A stretch of DNA of 64,000 nucleotides from Tetramitus jugosus (GCA_937625935.1 OW569346.1:1-64000); one strand, 5' to 3'. Numbered from the stretch's first letter, positions 20,010 through 31,866 are shown. Numbers and translations are program-made. Notes: generated by a model from the letters alone, not told the origin.

Positions 20010-23000
20010 TTATAATTCTGGTAACATTGTTCTTGACCTATCTACCATTTTCTGAGCAACAACATCGTAAGGATGCTTGGCCAAGTAATCAGAGAAAATA
20101 ACGAATGCTTGCTCGTAATCTCTTCTATCGAAACACTTGAAAGCCCTTGTATATTCGAACCAAATATCATTTTCTTTTGCTATATCCTGTGACAACTCCT
20201 GAGTCCATTCATCAGTGTTTCTGACTTCGCCCAGTTCATAGATTGACGAATCATCTGTTATTCTGTCGATAGGACGCAAGAAGTAAGAATCTTTGATCGC
20301 TTGATAAGTATCGTGAGACACCAATATTCTTGTACCCCAAGCATCATTCAGATCACATGCTGTGTTGGATTCTACTGCTGCTCTTCCAACCACAGTGAAA
20401 ATTTTGGTCGCATCTGAACCTATGTTTCCATAGAATGATGGACCTGAGCTCAACCCGATTCGAATGTCCAAAAGAGGCAAACCTTTCATTCTCCAAACCT
20501 CCTGTAACCCTAGCACAGCTTTCTGACAGCCAACAGCAGTTCTTACGGCTCTCATTCGGTGGTCTGATTGAGCAATTAAGGTATTCCAGGCAATGACTGC
20601 ATGAGAGTGCGTGTGAGACACCAGTTGGGCATTTGATTCTCGAACTTTGTCCTTAATTGCAGTTAATAGTCCCTTCATGGCTTCATTCACATCTGCACTT
20701 GAATATGACTCCAAGATTTCAGATATGTCATCAAACCTTAAGGTCATCACAGACACAATTCCACTTACCAAACCTGAAGTTAAGGCATTTTTCACCAAAC
20801 TCTTGGAGTGATAATTTGCATGAACAGCAGAGATACGCGTATCAGAACAAGTGTCCGATATGGTATTTAGCTCCACTTCCCCTTTCTTTAGAGAAGAATC
20901 TTTGGTTGAACCCTTCTTCTTGTTGACGCTAGCAGAAAGAGTTTCTTGTTTTAGAATCTCCTTGTGAGCCACTTCTGTTTCTATCACAGCTAAAATGTGT
21001 TCTGGAATAAATTGTCTAAACTGTTTCAATCTCGTAGACATTGACCCAAAGGAACTCTGCAAGCTTCGTATCTCTGAAAAGAAAGACTTTTCTTGCTGTA
21101 ACTTCCTCTCCACTTCTTCCAATTGCAGTAATTTGATTGTTTCCGCCAGGGCTGACAACTTTTTCAAGGGAGCCATGAACGCAAAAGACGCTCCAACAGA
21201 TACAATCACTCCTAAAACGAGCAATACAAATGTTACGCCAGCCATAGATCCAACTGCAATTTTGAAATCTTTAAAGAAGAGATCCTTGGATACAGCTTGC
21301 ACTATGAGCCAATCCAAACCGAATTCATCCTTAAGCTCACCAATGTTAAGGAGGTAATGTTTTTGTTGATACCTGAACATTCCATAAGCCTTCGATTCTA
21401 CCTTCTCCAGTTTGTGACCGAACTGCTGTCTGGAGTAGCTGAGCATTTTCTTAATCAGCTCATTTCCGCCAGTACTTCCATCCAAACGCTCAACGGTCGT
21501 GCCGTCGTTCGTGTAAACAATAAACTCAGGATCGCTGGTGCTGATTAGATAGCCAGTTGATCTCTCAATAATGACAATTGTGCTAGACCACTCGATGGAT
21601 TTCTTATTTAAAAATAACGAAAGGACTTCTGTTGATACATCACTTCCCATAAACAATTTCATCTGATTTGTGACAGGATCTCTAACTGAAGTCATAAAGG
21701 AAATAAAAAGAGCGCCAGGGAAGGATGGTAGTGCATAGGAGGGAGTCCAAGCAGGCCCGAGCGAGTCATTTGCAACTTGAAAGAACACTCCAAATTTGTC
21801 TTCTTCTGTTGCATTGACTAAAGACATGGAGCCAGTGGCGAGAATCTGGTCCAGGTCTTGATCCCAGAGAGATGGAACAGTACGGTACACAAATACTGAT
21901 TCAGTGGCATTCATTGTGAACACATCCACAGGGCTATGAGGATATGCGAGAACACCAATTTGATCTCCTGTCTGAGTACCCATAAAAACATCAACCGTGA
22001 AGTCAGATACGTTGTATATTGATCGAACAACATTGAATGAAAACTGCAAAGCACTTTGAAGAGAACCACTTGTATCGATCAAATTCGTTTGGAGGGCAGA
22101 GATAGCTGATAGCGATGAAACTGTGTGCTTTGAGATTCCACTATTAAGATACTGAGTAATCTCTCCAAAAGACTGATCTCTTTCTTTCTGGGTGTCCTGT
22201 TTGACACTTCTTCCATAAAAGCCCAGAGAAATAGCAGCCATGCTTATAATACATATAATGGAGATGAAGGAAAGGAGAAGCACTAGAGTAGTGGTCATGC
22301 TACTGAGCCGAGCAAAACAGTTACTTTGTTCTGATTCCTCATCATGTCTATTAATTGGCTTCAGAGAAGCGCCTGCCTTCGAGAGTGTGTTGATCATATC
22401 CTTATCAGATATGTTGACTGATGATTGAAGAGCAGTCATACCACTTGAGTCGCCTTCATTCAACTCAACTTCAGCGCACTCTACTAAAAACCTGACAAGC
22501 TCCTTCCTGGAGTTTTTCACAGCTAGTAGCAGAGGTGTGTCTCCCTTCTTGTTCATGGTGTTCAACAAGGATTCTACCTGTTTCTGATTGAACTCACGAA
22601 GATTCATATACTTCAAGAGTAACAACACATGATCAATATGCCCATCAGTTCCACATTTGTGCAAAATGTTTTTGCCAGAGGTGTTGGTGTTACAGAGCAT
22701 GCGATCTAAACCCTTTGAAGAAAACTGGACTGCCAGGTATTGAATAATCTCCAAATGAGGAAGAGCTACATACAGTACATTCTCTTCTTCATTATTCTTT
22801 CTCAGAGGAGATGCATTCAGTTTTTCAACGAGAAGCTTCACTGCGGTGATATCACCTTCGTCAGCCATGATATGCAAGACTGTGTTCCCTTTGGATACTC
22901 TCAGATGGACATCAGGTCGAAAAGAAGCCAACAACTCTGCCAAGGCATAATGTTTGTGTTTGAGAGCAATGAGCAGAGGAAACTTGGAATAGGAGTCTTT

Positions 23001-23573
23001 TGCATTGATGTTTGCACCCTTGTTCAATAGAAATAGAACAGATTCGTGACGATTCTGGGCAACTGCATAGTGCAGTGGTGTAGAAGACAACGAATCGAGC
23101 GGATCTATTGACATTTTGAGAGACAGCAAGAATTCCATGCATTGGGTCTTGTTTCTTTGCGCACAAACATGCATGAGAGTGCAATTGGAATTGTCCTTGT
23201 CAGTGATTTTGCTCACAGAGTATTTGGAGAAAGAACTGTTATCACTACTGCATGTCTCAATTAAGTGATTCAATAATTGCAGAGATACTTCATCACTGCC
23301 GTTTCTGCAAACAAACAAAAATCGAGCGTTCACAGTGTCTTGGTCGTTCATGAGATCCAGTAGTTCTTCAAAGGAACGCTCATCTTCAATCGCAACCAAC
23401 TTGGGTAAATCAGAAGAGGTGTTCTGAAACACTTTAGACTTCAATTTCTGGTCAATAGTGGCAGTCCACTCCTGGACCACTTGGAAGAATGGTTTACGAA
23501 CAATGGACTGGTGGTTGGATATCCTGTCGCTTGAATCAATGCTTTCTGCAACAACATTTGTCGTTGATACCAT
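20010..23573 (-). CDS. Protein with ankyrin repeats, TM, extracellular sensor, TM/HAMP-like region and a class III nucleotidyl-cyclase-like domain
   Basis: Ankyrins (STPLHYAV, GNTVLHIMA, GDTPLLLAV); two hydrophobic helices; cyclase-like IRIGLSSG..FYGNIGS....FTVVG. First ATG at 23573. Confidence 0.85.
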   Translation of the reverse strand: MVSTTNVVAESIDSSDRISNHQSIVRKPFFQVVQEWTATIDQKLKSKVFQNTSSDLPKLVAIEDERSFEELLDLMNDQDTVNARFLFVCRNGSDEVSLQLLNHLIETCSSDNSSFSKYSVSKITDKDNSNCTLMHVCAQRNKTQCMEFLLSLKMSIDPLDSLSSTPLHYAVAQNRHESVLFLLNKGANINAKDSYSKFPLLIALKHKHYALAELLASFRPDVHLRVSKGNTVLHIMADEGDITAVKLLVEKLNASPLRKNNEEENVLYVALPHLEIIQYLAVQFSSKGLDRMLCNTNTSGKNILHKCGTDGHIDHVLLLLKYMNLREFNQKQVESLLNTMNKKGDTPLLLAVKNSRKELVRFLVECAEVELNEGDSSGMTALQSSVNISDKDMINTLSKAGASLKPINRHDEESEQSNCFARLSSMTTTLVLLLSFISIICIISMAAISLGFYGRSVKQDTQKERDQSFGEITQYLNSGISKHTVSSLSAISALQTNLIDTSGSLQSALQFSFNVVRSIYNVSDFTVDVFMGTQTGDQIGVLAYPHSPVDVFTMNATESVFVYRTVPSLWDQDLDQILATGSMSLVNATEEDKFGVFFQVANDSLGPAWTPSYALPSFPGALFISFMTSVRDPVTNQMKLFMGSDVSTEVLSLFLNKKSIEWSSTIVIIERSTGYLISTSDPEFIVYTNDGTTVERLDGSTGGNELIKKMLSYSRQQFGHKLEKVESKAYGMFRYQQKHYLLNIGELKDEFGLDWLIVQAVSKDLFFKDFKIAVGSMAGVTFVLLVLGVIVSVGASFAFMAPLKKLSALAETIKLLQLEEVERKLQQEKSFFSEIRSLQSSFGSMSTRLKQFRQFIPEHILAVIETEVAHKEILKQETLSASVNKKKGSTKDSSLKKGEVELNTISDTCSDTRISAVHANYHSKSLVKNALTSGLVSGIVSVMTLRFDDISEILESYSSADVNEAMKGLLTAIKDKVRESNAQLVSHTHSHAVIAWNTLIAQSDHRMRAVRTAVGCQKAVLGLQEVWRMKGLPLLDIRIGLSSGPSFYGNIGSDATKIFTVVGRAAVESNTACDLNDAWGTRILVSHDTYQAIKDSYFLRPIDRITDDSSIYELGEVRNTDEWTQELSQDIAKENDIWFEYTRAFKCFDRRDYEQAFVIFSDYLAKHPYDVVAQKMVDRSRTMLPEL

Positions 23574-24808
23574 GGTGAGAAGAGATGTGAGTTTGGTTTG
23601 TTGGAATACTGCTGTTGTTCTTTGTTGGGACAATTCTCTGAACCTACCTGTACAAATTCTGAAAACCACCACCAGTTGTCACCACGTCACAAACATCAAT
23701 CACCCGTTTTCACCGTTATGGATGAAGGGATGTGAATATGGAACGAGTTTCGTTTAAGTGCCAATTTTTCTGTGAAACAGTCCAACATTCGCTCTCTGAC
23801 ATTTTCCTCTGCGGGCATCATGTCCAAAAAAGTGGATCGAGCGGGATTTTTGGGACTCTAAAAACTTTTGAGCTCAAAGCGGGGTTTATGCCCAATAGAG
23901 AATTGACCTGGATGAGAGCAAGAGTCTAAAAGAACTGACCTTTCAAAAAGTCGAGAAGGTCCGCGACAGATTTTCCCGGAGCATGCAAAGATTGATATCG
24001 TTGGTGGAGAGGTTGAAAAAAAGGAGTATGAGGATTGGAATTCACAGACGATGATTATGTTTGAGGAATCATTTTATACGAACAAGTGAGTCATGCTCAA
24101 TGAATGTTTGCCAATATTAATAAATTGTTGGGTTCTCTCAGAAGGTGTTTGGTATGGTTTGGACTCTGGCTTCTTGTCTGAATGCTTTTGTTTTACCGCT
24201 TCGTGGGTACCGGTAGTGGAGCTAACATGTTTATAGGTTATAGAACGTGTATTCTCCTCAACTAATGCAACTGCTTTCTTAGGGCTTCTTGTAATATACA
24301 CTCCAACTTCACTCATTGCTGTTATTTTTTTTGCGGTGTTGCTTTTTGTTGACACTTTACGCATAAGATAGACTGTGAGTGGCTTGTAAAGAAGGAATGA
24401 CACTTAACAATACACACTTGTCGTAACGCACCTCGTCAATCTCTTCATATGGTGCTTGTAAATCTGATTGTAGTTCTATCTCGTAAATGGTATCACATAA
24501 TCGATGCAAGAACTTGAACAAAAATTCGATAGCGATATGCAGGAGTGGGTATACACGAACGCTGTCCAACATAAGCAGACTGGTCTTATTGCTCACCGTG
24601 TTTGTTTGCCCGCTCTGTTAGCTTCATCGTCATCTTTCAACAATAACAATAACAGTACAGACAGTCAATTACAAGAGAATATCGACCGTAAGCGTTCTAG
24701 AGATGCCACTGACTCTTCGTCGCCGGACGGAGAACAACCATCATCTTCTTCAAACGACATCTCTGTAGGAGAATTTCTATTCACGCTCTCATTTCTGGCA
24801 ACAAGAAG

Positions 24809-25768
24809 TTGCTTTACAAAAATCGGTTCCGCTTTCTTCAACAAATTTGCTCCGACTTGGATTACAGGAAGTTCCCAACGTACTTTCGCGAAAAAGATAT
24901 GAAACACAAACTGGTGCCAACCACGGAACAAAGTATCGATCTGAACAACCACAAGAGACTCCGGATGACTCTGTCCACAGATGTGGTACCAGAACCAGCT
25001 CTTATCCTGCCACTCCTACCCAGTGAACTCCGATCACTCGTCATGGATTTCATTCCAACAGATGAGCCATCGTTTGTGAACTTTGGAGTCACTTGCAAAT
25101 CCAATTACAAGGTCTTTGAGAATCATCCTCGCTCACTGTACTTTTACTTGAAAAGAACTCTGCCACAGACAAAGAGATCGTGCATCCACACGTGCCACTA
25201 TAGTAGCTACTTGTCACAGTTGAAGCAGTTGATTGAGAAGGAGGAGAACAAGATTAAATATGAAACAGAGAGACAACAACTTTTGGGCAGTGGGATCATT
25301 TGGAGAGACACTGGCGTTGCGAGCTGGTCCCAAACGACGAGTCTGACCTTGGAACAAAGAACAAGAATTTTTGACAGCTGGCATTCTCGTGTGCAGTACA
25401 CTTTGCTGAGTCACTCCACTGCATCTCACTATGATGACTACGCGTGTACTGCTGAGATAACGGCTGCTGATGGTCGCAAGTTGGTATTGGACTGTTATGG
25501 TCATGATGATGATTGTGAAATTCGTTTTACAGTGAGTGTTGCAGGTTTCAATTCAGATCAACAGTCATATGAACGTAACTGGTTGATTAAAAATGGTGAT
25601 AGTGGTTACCGTGTTTCGTCAAAACAGTTGAACAAAGTGAGAGCGATTGCTGGCATTGGCAAGGACGAAGTGGATGACAACGATATGTTATCACTTGTGT
25701 TACATGCATTGCCTCATCCCTTCTATACGGAAGAAGGAGTACCCATCTATTTTGATCGCGAAGAATAG
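24809..25768 (+). CDS. F-box protein, paralogous in its C-terminal domain to 6817..7977; 5' structure unclear (overlaps ORF 24504..24902)
   Basis: F-box-like LPSELRSLVMDFIP....NFGVTCK; C-terminal motifs shared with the 6817 protein. Confidence 0.7.
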   Translation: MLYKNRFRFLQQICSDLDYRKFPTYFREKDMKHKLVPTTEQSIDLNNHKRLRMTLSTDVVPEPALILPLLPSELRSLVMDFIPTDEPSFVNFGVTCKSNYKVFENHPRSLYFYLKRTLPQTKRSCIHTCHYSSYLSQLKQLIEKEENKIKYETERQQLLGSGIIWRDTGVASWSQTTSLTLEQRTRIFDSWHSRVQYTLLSHSTASHYDDYACTAEITAADGRKLVLDCYGHDDDCEIRFTVSVAGFNSDQQSYERNWLIKNGDSGYRVSSKQLNKVRAIAGIGKDEVDDNDMLSLVLHALPHPFYTEEGVPIYFDREE

Positions 25769-26401
25769 GGTGAATAGGATGAAGCCAAGGGAATAATTCA
25801 GATTCAGCCAACTGTCAAGAGAATAAACTGGCAAGTTCCATGTGATTCTTTGCAGATCTGAAAACTTGTTTCAATATTCAAAATTGGTAAACTTGATTGC
25901 GTGACCTTGTGTCTTCAAATCGTTGCATATCTCATTGAACACATTTCCTAGATTCGACCAGAAGGTTTTTCAACCAATTGATTAAGTCCCCTTTTTCTAA
26001 ATTCCTATCATCCTTGAGATTTGGTACGACCTATCTCGTTGAACAGCCCACAACATTTAAATTTGTTCTGGAAGGAGGAAGATATGTGGACGCCACGTAC
26101 GAAACTGTTGAAGACCCAATGGGACCCTTGCTTACAAGTTCATCCAATCTCAACTCTGAATTGTGTCAAGGTCAAGATGGAACGAAAAGAGAGCCACGAA
26201 TCTTTGCATTTGCGAATAGTACATGGACTGAACTTCCGTTCCCAACAGAGATTCTTGAGGACAGAGTGTCTGTTTCATTTGACAGTATATTGACTTCACA
26301 ATTGGGTGTTCCTTGCACAAGGAGTCAATCTTGTTGTTACATCGGTTGACAGTGACTTTCAACAACAATAAAATGAATGTGGACAAGAATTTACTTTCCG
26401 A

Positions 26402-28591
26402 TCACACTCTCAGGTGCATTGTCTTGAACATTGAGATCATGATTGCACGAGTCGAAGCATCAGGTTTCACTTCATGACTATTCTTCGTCATCTCTTCATA
26501 GAGCTTTAATGCTTCAGCGAATTTCTTATTGTGTCGGCAGGTAGCCAAGATTGTGTTCCAGTGGATAATATCCCTTTTATGCGGAGGAATGCGATTGAAC
26601 AAAGACAAGGCTTCATTAAAGAGTTCACACTTGCCCAACATATGCATAACAGAAGTTGTAAGATTGAAATCACTCGACAAGGTTGGACATTGTTCAATCT
26701 CTGAGTAAAAATGACGTGCCAAGTCAGGATTGGAGATTGTAGCACTCAGTGCCATCATGATCACATAAGTTGCTCGGTCGGGCTTCACTCCATTCCTCTT
26801 CATCTCTGTATAGAACTTCAATGCTTTAGCATAATGACCATTCATACTGAATACTGTCAACATTGCAGTCCAAAGGACAGAATTTCTATCCTCAACAAGA
26901 GTTGATCGAAATATTTCTACTGCTTCTTGAATCTTTCCACACTTGCCAAACATTGCAACGGCTGCACTTTTGACATAATTTCCGTGGTTCAACTCGTGAG
27001 GAATTTCAGAATAAATTCTCTGTCCTGTTTCCAAATCTTTGTAGTCTGAACACATTTTTAACAACACTGCATATGTTCTCTGACTTGGCTTCACTCCATT
27101 CTTCTTCATTTCTTCATACAGCTTCAATGTGTCATTGTATCGGTTACTATTACGACAGGCTGTCAACAATGCATCCCAGACGATTATATCTCTTTCCTTC
27201 ACAGGTATTGTTTCAAAAATAAGGAGAGCTTCGTCTATCTCTCCACACTTGCCGAGCAGAGTCAACACCGCATTCTTCGCGTACACCGTTTGTCTCAAGG
27301 GTGGGGAAATATCAAAATAAAGTTTCTTTCCAGTTGTCAAATCATTGTTATTGGCACACATGTTCAACAACACGGAATAATTCTCCAAGGTTGGTTGCAA
27401 TCCATTCCTTGTCATTTGCTTGTACAGCTCCAATGCATCAGCATACTTGTTACATCGACTATATGCAATGAATATGGAGGAGCACACGCGGCCATCTCGA
27501 TGTGTCATGGGTATCTTATCAAATGCTGCAATCGCCTCATCAAACATATCATACTTGTAGTACATCTCGGTCAATGCAATATTGACTTGATGATCTATTG
27601 TCCCATCACCAATATGAATATTCATGAGTCGATTCATGTGTGTATGAATCCTCTTGGCATATTTCTCACTCTGAGACTTCTTGCACATGTTTATAATTTC
27701 GCAATACACTTCAGAAGGCAACGACTTCATCAATTTCACCCTGGGTTCTTCCAAAACTGGCAATAGTTTCATCACTGCACCCAATTGTTTTGCTCTAGTC
27801 AATGATTTCACTGCTTCTGTAATCGTAGGTTCATCCAACACGATTCCCTCTTTTCTCATACTCTCCAACAAGTGCAATCCGTCTTTATAGAAATTACACT
27901 TGAACAGCATGTATACCATTGTCCTCCATTCTAGCACACTAATTTGATATTGATCACTACTCTCATCACTGCTCACACTCTTAGTTAAGTTCGTGTAACT
28001 GCTACTATTCGACTTGTTTTGTTCATCGACATCACCGCCTGCAGCAGCTCGTTGATATTTTTGTCTTCTATTCTTCTTCATCATCAAGATTCTATGATTA
28101 TAAACGGACATTAATTGATTGTGCACTGACAACATTAAGTCCGTATGAATCTCTCCTCCCTTTGCCTCTTGACCTGCCTCCTGTTGTTGCTGTTGCTGTT
28201 GTTGTTCAAAACAACAATTCATAAACAATGCAATCACTACAAGTGATACTTGTTGAGGTGGCTGGGTGTGTTGATTCACATCATCATTTTCTCCAACAAC
28301 AGGGGTGGTGGTTGTATGATTGTCGGTGATGATGGCATTGTAAATTTGTTGCGCGCCTTGAAAATTTTTTTCCAGTGGCTGGTCGACAAAATATTTGGGC
28401 AAAGAGTACACCGCGGCAGAAACGTTGGGATGTTTGAAGAAACAGTCAATGGGATCATCTTTTATGATGTCTCCTCCTTCAAAGATTGGAAATCTCAAGG
28501 CATAGGGGGATCTGGTGTTGACACTTTCGAAAGGAACGAATGCATGAAGCAATTTGCCAATATCAAGCAAGGGTCGCGTCAATCGGAACAT
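26402..28591 (-). CDS. Pentatricopeptide repeat protein, PLS-like, no DYW domain
   Basis: Repeating triplets such as AVLTLLGKCGEIDEALLIFETIP / RDIIVWDALLTAC..LYEEMKKNGVKP / TYAVLLKMCS...ETGQRIY. N-terminus MFRLTRPLL resembles a presequence. Confidence 0.92.
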   Translation of the reverse strand: MFRLTRPLLDIGKLLHAFVPFESVNTRSPYALRFPIFEGGDIIKDDPIDCFFKHPNVSAAVYSLPKYFVDQPLEKNFQGAQQIYNAIITDNHTTTTPVVGENDDVNQHTQPPQQVSLVVIALFMNCCFEQQQQQQQQEAGQEAKGGEIHTDLMLSVHNQLMSVYNHRILMMKKNRRQKYQRAAAGGDVDEQNKSNSSSYTNLTKSVSSDESSDQYQISVLEWRTMVYMLFKCNFYKDGLHLLESMRKEGIVLDEPTITEAVKSLTRAKQLGAVMKLLPVLEEPRVKLMKSLPSEVYCEIINMCKKSQSEKYAKRIHTHMNRLMNIHIGDGTIDHQVNIALTEMYYKYDMFDEAIAAFDKIPMTHRDGRVCSSIFIAYSRCNKYADALELYKQMTRNGLQPTLENYSVLLNMCANNNDLTTGKKLYFDISPPLRQTVYAKNAVLTLLGKCGEIDEALLIFETIPVKERDIIVWDALLTACRNSNRYNDTLKLYEEMKKNGVKPSQRTYAVLLKMCSDYKDLETGQRIYSEIPHELNHGNYVKSAAVAMFGKCGKIQEAVEIFRSTLVEDRNSVLWTAMLTVFSMNGHYAKALKFYTEMKRNGVKPDRATYVIMMALSATISNPDLARHFYSEIEQCPTLSSDFNLTTSVMHMLGKCELFNEALSLFNRIPPHKRDIIHWNTILATCRHNKKFAEALKLYEEMTKNSHEVKPDASTRAIMISMFKTMHLRV

Positions 28592-28701
28592 AATTATGGT
28601 GTTTAGTTTTTCACACAGCGGAGAAACTGTTCGCGCCGAAAGAAAAAATACGGTGAAATGGGTTTATTTTTGGAGCGTTGTATTGGAAGCATTGAATCAA
28701 C

Positions 28702-31700
28702 TTACCATATGATCCATCTGGCAATATCTGGACTCACTTGCCTGAACATGAGTTTCCTCAGTTCGTCCATCACAAATATAAAGAGACCAAAACCAATGGG
28801 AATAAACCAGAATTGAACTGGAATGGGTCTCGTGTTAAATCTTGTTTGGAACACTGGAAGGTAGATGACAAACATGGCAATAATCACAGAGATAACTGAA
28901 GCAACTGGCAGAAACATGTTCTTGGCTTTTCCTTTGAATGGAAAATGCTGGAAGAATGATAATCTTCTTGTTCTGGTGGAGATCAAGTTACCTGTGACTT
29001 GTGTCATGACCAGTGTGACAAAAAAGATGGATTGAGCAGTCCAAACAAGTTCATTCAGCTGCTTTTGACTCTTTCCGTGATATCCATCGCTGTACTTGTC
29101 AAATGCAAAGAACAAATCTCTCATTTTGAAACCTCCGTAAGCTCTCATGAAATAGAAGTACATGCCAAAAGCACCAATCGATTCAATCATTCCCAGAATG
29201 AAGTATGCGTGCACGAGTAATTGCGGATTCACTAACTTGTCACCACTCGATGATCTTGGCTTCCTGTGCATGAGAGAGGACTCAGCATGTTCATAAATCA
29301 TTGAAAGAGATGGGAACAAATCTGTCGCAACACAGATTACAATCATTAAGAACGAACTCAATGGTAGAGGTAATCCGAAGAAGACGTTCGCTAGAATTGG
29401 TAGCAATTCTGAGAATGACCCAGCAGGTAGTAAATACAAAATGACCTTCTTCAAGTTATCAAAAACTAATCTTCCGTACTTGATACCTACGATAATCGAT
29501 GAGAATTGAGAGTCAAGCAACACCATTGCTGCAGCGTCTCTCGCTACATCAGACCCAGCACCCATAGCAACTCCAACATTGGCCTGTTTGAGAGCAGGGG
29601 CATCGTTTACTCCATCACCAGTAACAGCTACGATGTGTTTTCTCTTTTGGAACTCCTTAACAATTTTTAGTTTGTCATCAGGTGTAGTTCTGGCGAACAC
29701 AATCTCGCCATATCTGTTAATAATGTCCCATGTTTTGTCATTAAACTTGGGAATATCTACACCTCTAATCACAGCAGATCTATCATTATAGTAGTTTTTT
29801 AACTCTGCTTTCGCAGTGAACTGGGGCATGTTGTTGGTAATGTCCTCATCACAAGTAATCTTATCAACTTCTTCGTGAGTTACAATTCCAATCATTCTGG
29901 CAATTGCAGTGGCCGTACTAGGATGATCTCCAGTTACCATTAATACCTTAATTCCTGCTGTCTTACATTGAGCTATCGTATCGGCAACATCTGCTCTCGG
30001 TGGATCAATTAGAGAGACTAGACCAACAAAACATAGGTCATCAACTGGAAAGTTTCTGTTCTCTGTGTCAAAAGGATAAGTGGATGATTGAGTAAGAACT
30101 CTCCTACACACTCCCAGAACTCTCTGGCCACAACTACTCAATTCTTCTTGTTGATTCGCAATCTTTTGCTTGAAATCTTCTGATAGCATCTCTTCAGATC
30201 CATCGTCCATCAATATCGTACTACAAAAACCAATAATGATTTCAGGAGCACCCTTCATTATCAATACTGCATAATCACTCTGAGCATCTTTGTGGATACT
30301 TAGTGCCCATTTGTTCTTGCTGTTAAATGGAATTTCCGCCAACTTGGGGTAACTGTCTCTGATTGTTGCACTCTTCATAAATTCTTCTGAGAGTAAGAGT
30401 AATGCAGTATCTGATGCATCACCAAGAATATGCCTCTGTGCAAGTGGTGCATCTATAGTTTCTTCATCGAAAATAGCCTTATTGCACAAACAACAACATC
30501 TCAATAACTCATGAAAAATCTTGTTACTGTCGTTCAGTGAGCGAAAGTCTGCACCGGCGGTATACTTGATCATGTTAAGTACCACATGCATCACATTCAT
30601 CTTGTTCTGAGTTAATGTTCCTGTTTTATCGGAAGCAATAATATCAACAGACCCCAGCGTTTCAACTGTCGGAAGATGCTTGACCAGAACATTCTGCTGT
30701 TGCATCTTCTTGGCCAATAGAGTGAATGTCAATGTCACTGCTACTGGCAGACCCTCCGGGCACAGAGCCACCATCGCTCCCACTATAGTTACAATCATGG
30801 AGGATAAACTCATAAACCCAGCGTGCTTCTTTCTCAAGAAGAACAACCAAAAGAATAAAATAGCCAATCCCACGAGACACGCGAGAGAAACAATGATCAG
30901 AACAAATATCATAATCTCTCGATGGATGGGTGTTTTAGAATTACTGGACTTTGAAGTTAGTTTGGAAATCTTTCCCATAACTGTATCATTACCAGTCGCG
31001 ACTACAATTCCGATACCAGTCCCTTCTAGAATACTTGTACCCATGAACAACAAATTCTTGGTCTCCATAAAATTGCGATCTGTATAATGTAAAGCGCAGT
31101 TCACAGGTTCCGATTCCCCCGTCAGAATAGAATTATCTACTTTCAACTGTTGCGAGGATATCACTCTGCAATCTGCAGGAACCTTGTTACCAATTGCCAA
31201 TTGAACTAAATCACCTGGAACAAGTTTTGAGAGGTCAATCTCACTAGTGACACCATTTCTGATTACCAATGCCTTGCTAGGCAACATTTTCGAAATGCTG
31301 TTCATAACTTTGAAACTCTGCCAATCTTGATAAGCATTGAATGCCACATTCAAAAGGATGACTAAGAAAAGAATGATACCCAATCCCAAATTTGATGGAT
31401 CAGGTGCTGGATTACCCAGTGGCTTGTATGCAAGAATACATGCAATTGCTGCAGGCCAGAGAATCAACCCAAATCCTCCAAAAAGATAACCAAGAATCTT
31501 CCAAATCCAACCCAACTTGTTTCCATGTTTGATTTCGTTCGACCCATGACTAGATAGTGCTCTCTGAGCCATTTCACTTGTTAATCCTTCTTTGAGATTT
31601 GTATTGTACCTCTTCTCCAACTCTTCCAAAGGCACGACATGATAATCTACTGCCAGATCCACCAACACTTCTGGATCAATGGTTGGCTTACTATCATTTT

Positions 31701-31866
31701 GCGAGGCCAATTGAAGTTCATCCCTTGCCAAACTCAATGAAACTCTTCTATGATTGAAGTTCACTACAGTGCTGCTTGTTGGCTCAATCACAGTATCAAC
31801 TACATTGATTGTTTCAGTAGTAAGATCCTCTGTTGCCGTATTCTCACTATGTAATTTCTGCATCAT
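28702..31866 (-). CDS. P-type ATPase, type IIC-like (Na+/K+ or H+/K+ alpha family)
   Basis: TGES, CPEGL, DKTGTLT, KGAPE, MVTGDH and GDGVNDAPAL motifs; multiple TM helices. Confidence 0.95.
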   Translation of the reverse strand: MMQKLHSENTATEDLTTETINVVDTVIEPTSSTVVNFNHRRVSLSLARDELQLASQNDSKPTIDPEVLVDLAVDYHVVPLEELEKRYNTNLKEGLTSEMAQRALSSHGSNEIKHGNKLGWIWKILGYLFGGFGLILWPAAIACILAYKPLGNPAPDPSNLGLGIILFLVILLNVAFNAYQDWQSFKVMNSISKMLPSKALVIRNGVTSEIDLSKLVPGDLVQLAIGNKVPADCRVISSQQLKVDNSILTGESEPVNCALHYTDRNFMETKNLLFMGTSILEGTGIGIVVATGNDTVMGKISKLTSKSSNSKTPIHREIMIFVLIIVSLACLVGLAILFFWLFFLRKKHAGFMSLSSMIVTIVGAMVALCPEGLPVAVTLTFTLLAKKMQQQNVLVKHLPTVETLGSVDIIASDKTGTLTQNKMNVMHVVLNMIKYTAGADFRSLNDSNKIFHELLRCCCLCNKAIFDEETIDAPLAQRHILGDASDTALLLLSEEFMKSATIRDSYPKLAEIPFNSKNKWALSIHKDAQSDYAVLIMKGAPEIIIGFCSTILMDDGSEEMLSEDFKQKIANQQEELSSCGQRVLGVCRRVLTQSSTYPFDTENRNFPVDDLCFVGLVSLIDPPRADVADTIAQCKTAGIKVLMVTGDHPSTATAIARMIGIVTHEEVDKITCDEDITNNMPQFTAKAELKNYYNDRSAVIRGVDIPKFNDKTWDIINRYGEIVFARTTPDDKLKIVKEFQKRKHIVAVTGDGVNDAPALKQANVGVAMGAGSDVARDAAAMVLLDSQFSSIIVGIKYGRLVFDNLKKVILYLLPAGSFSELLPILANVFFGLPLPLSSFLMIVICVATDLFPSLSMIYEHAESSLMHRKPRSSSGDKLVNPQLLVHAYFILGMIESIGAFGMYFYFMRAYGGFKMRDLFFAFDKYSDGYHGKSQKQLNELVWTAQSIFFVTLVMTQVTGNLISTRTRRLSFFQHFPFKGKAKNMFLPVASVISVIIAMFVIYLPVFQTRFNTRPIPVQFWFIPIGFGLFIFVMDELRKLMFRQVSPDIARWIIW

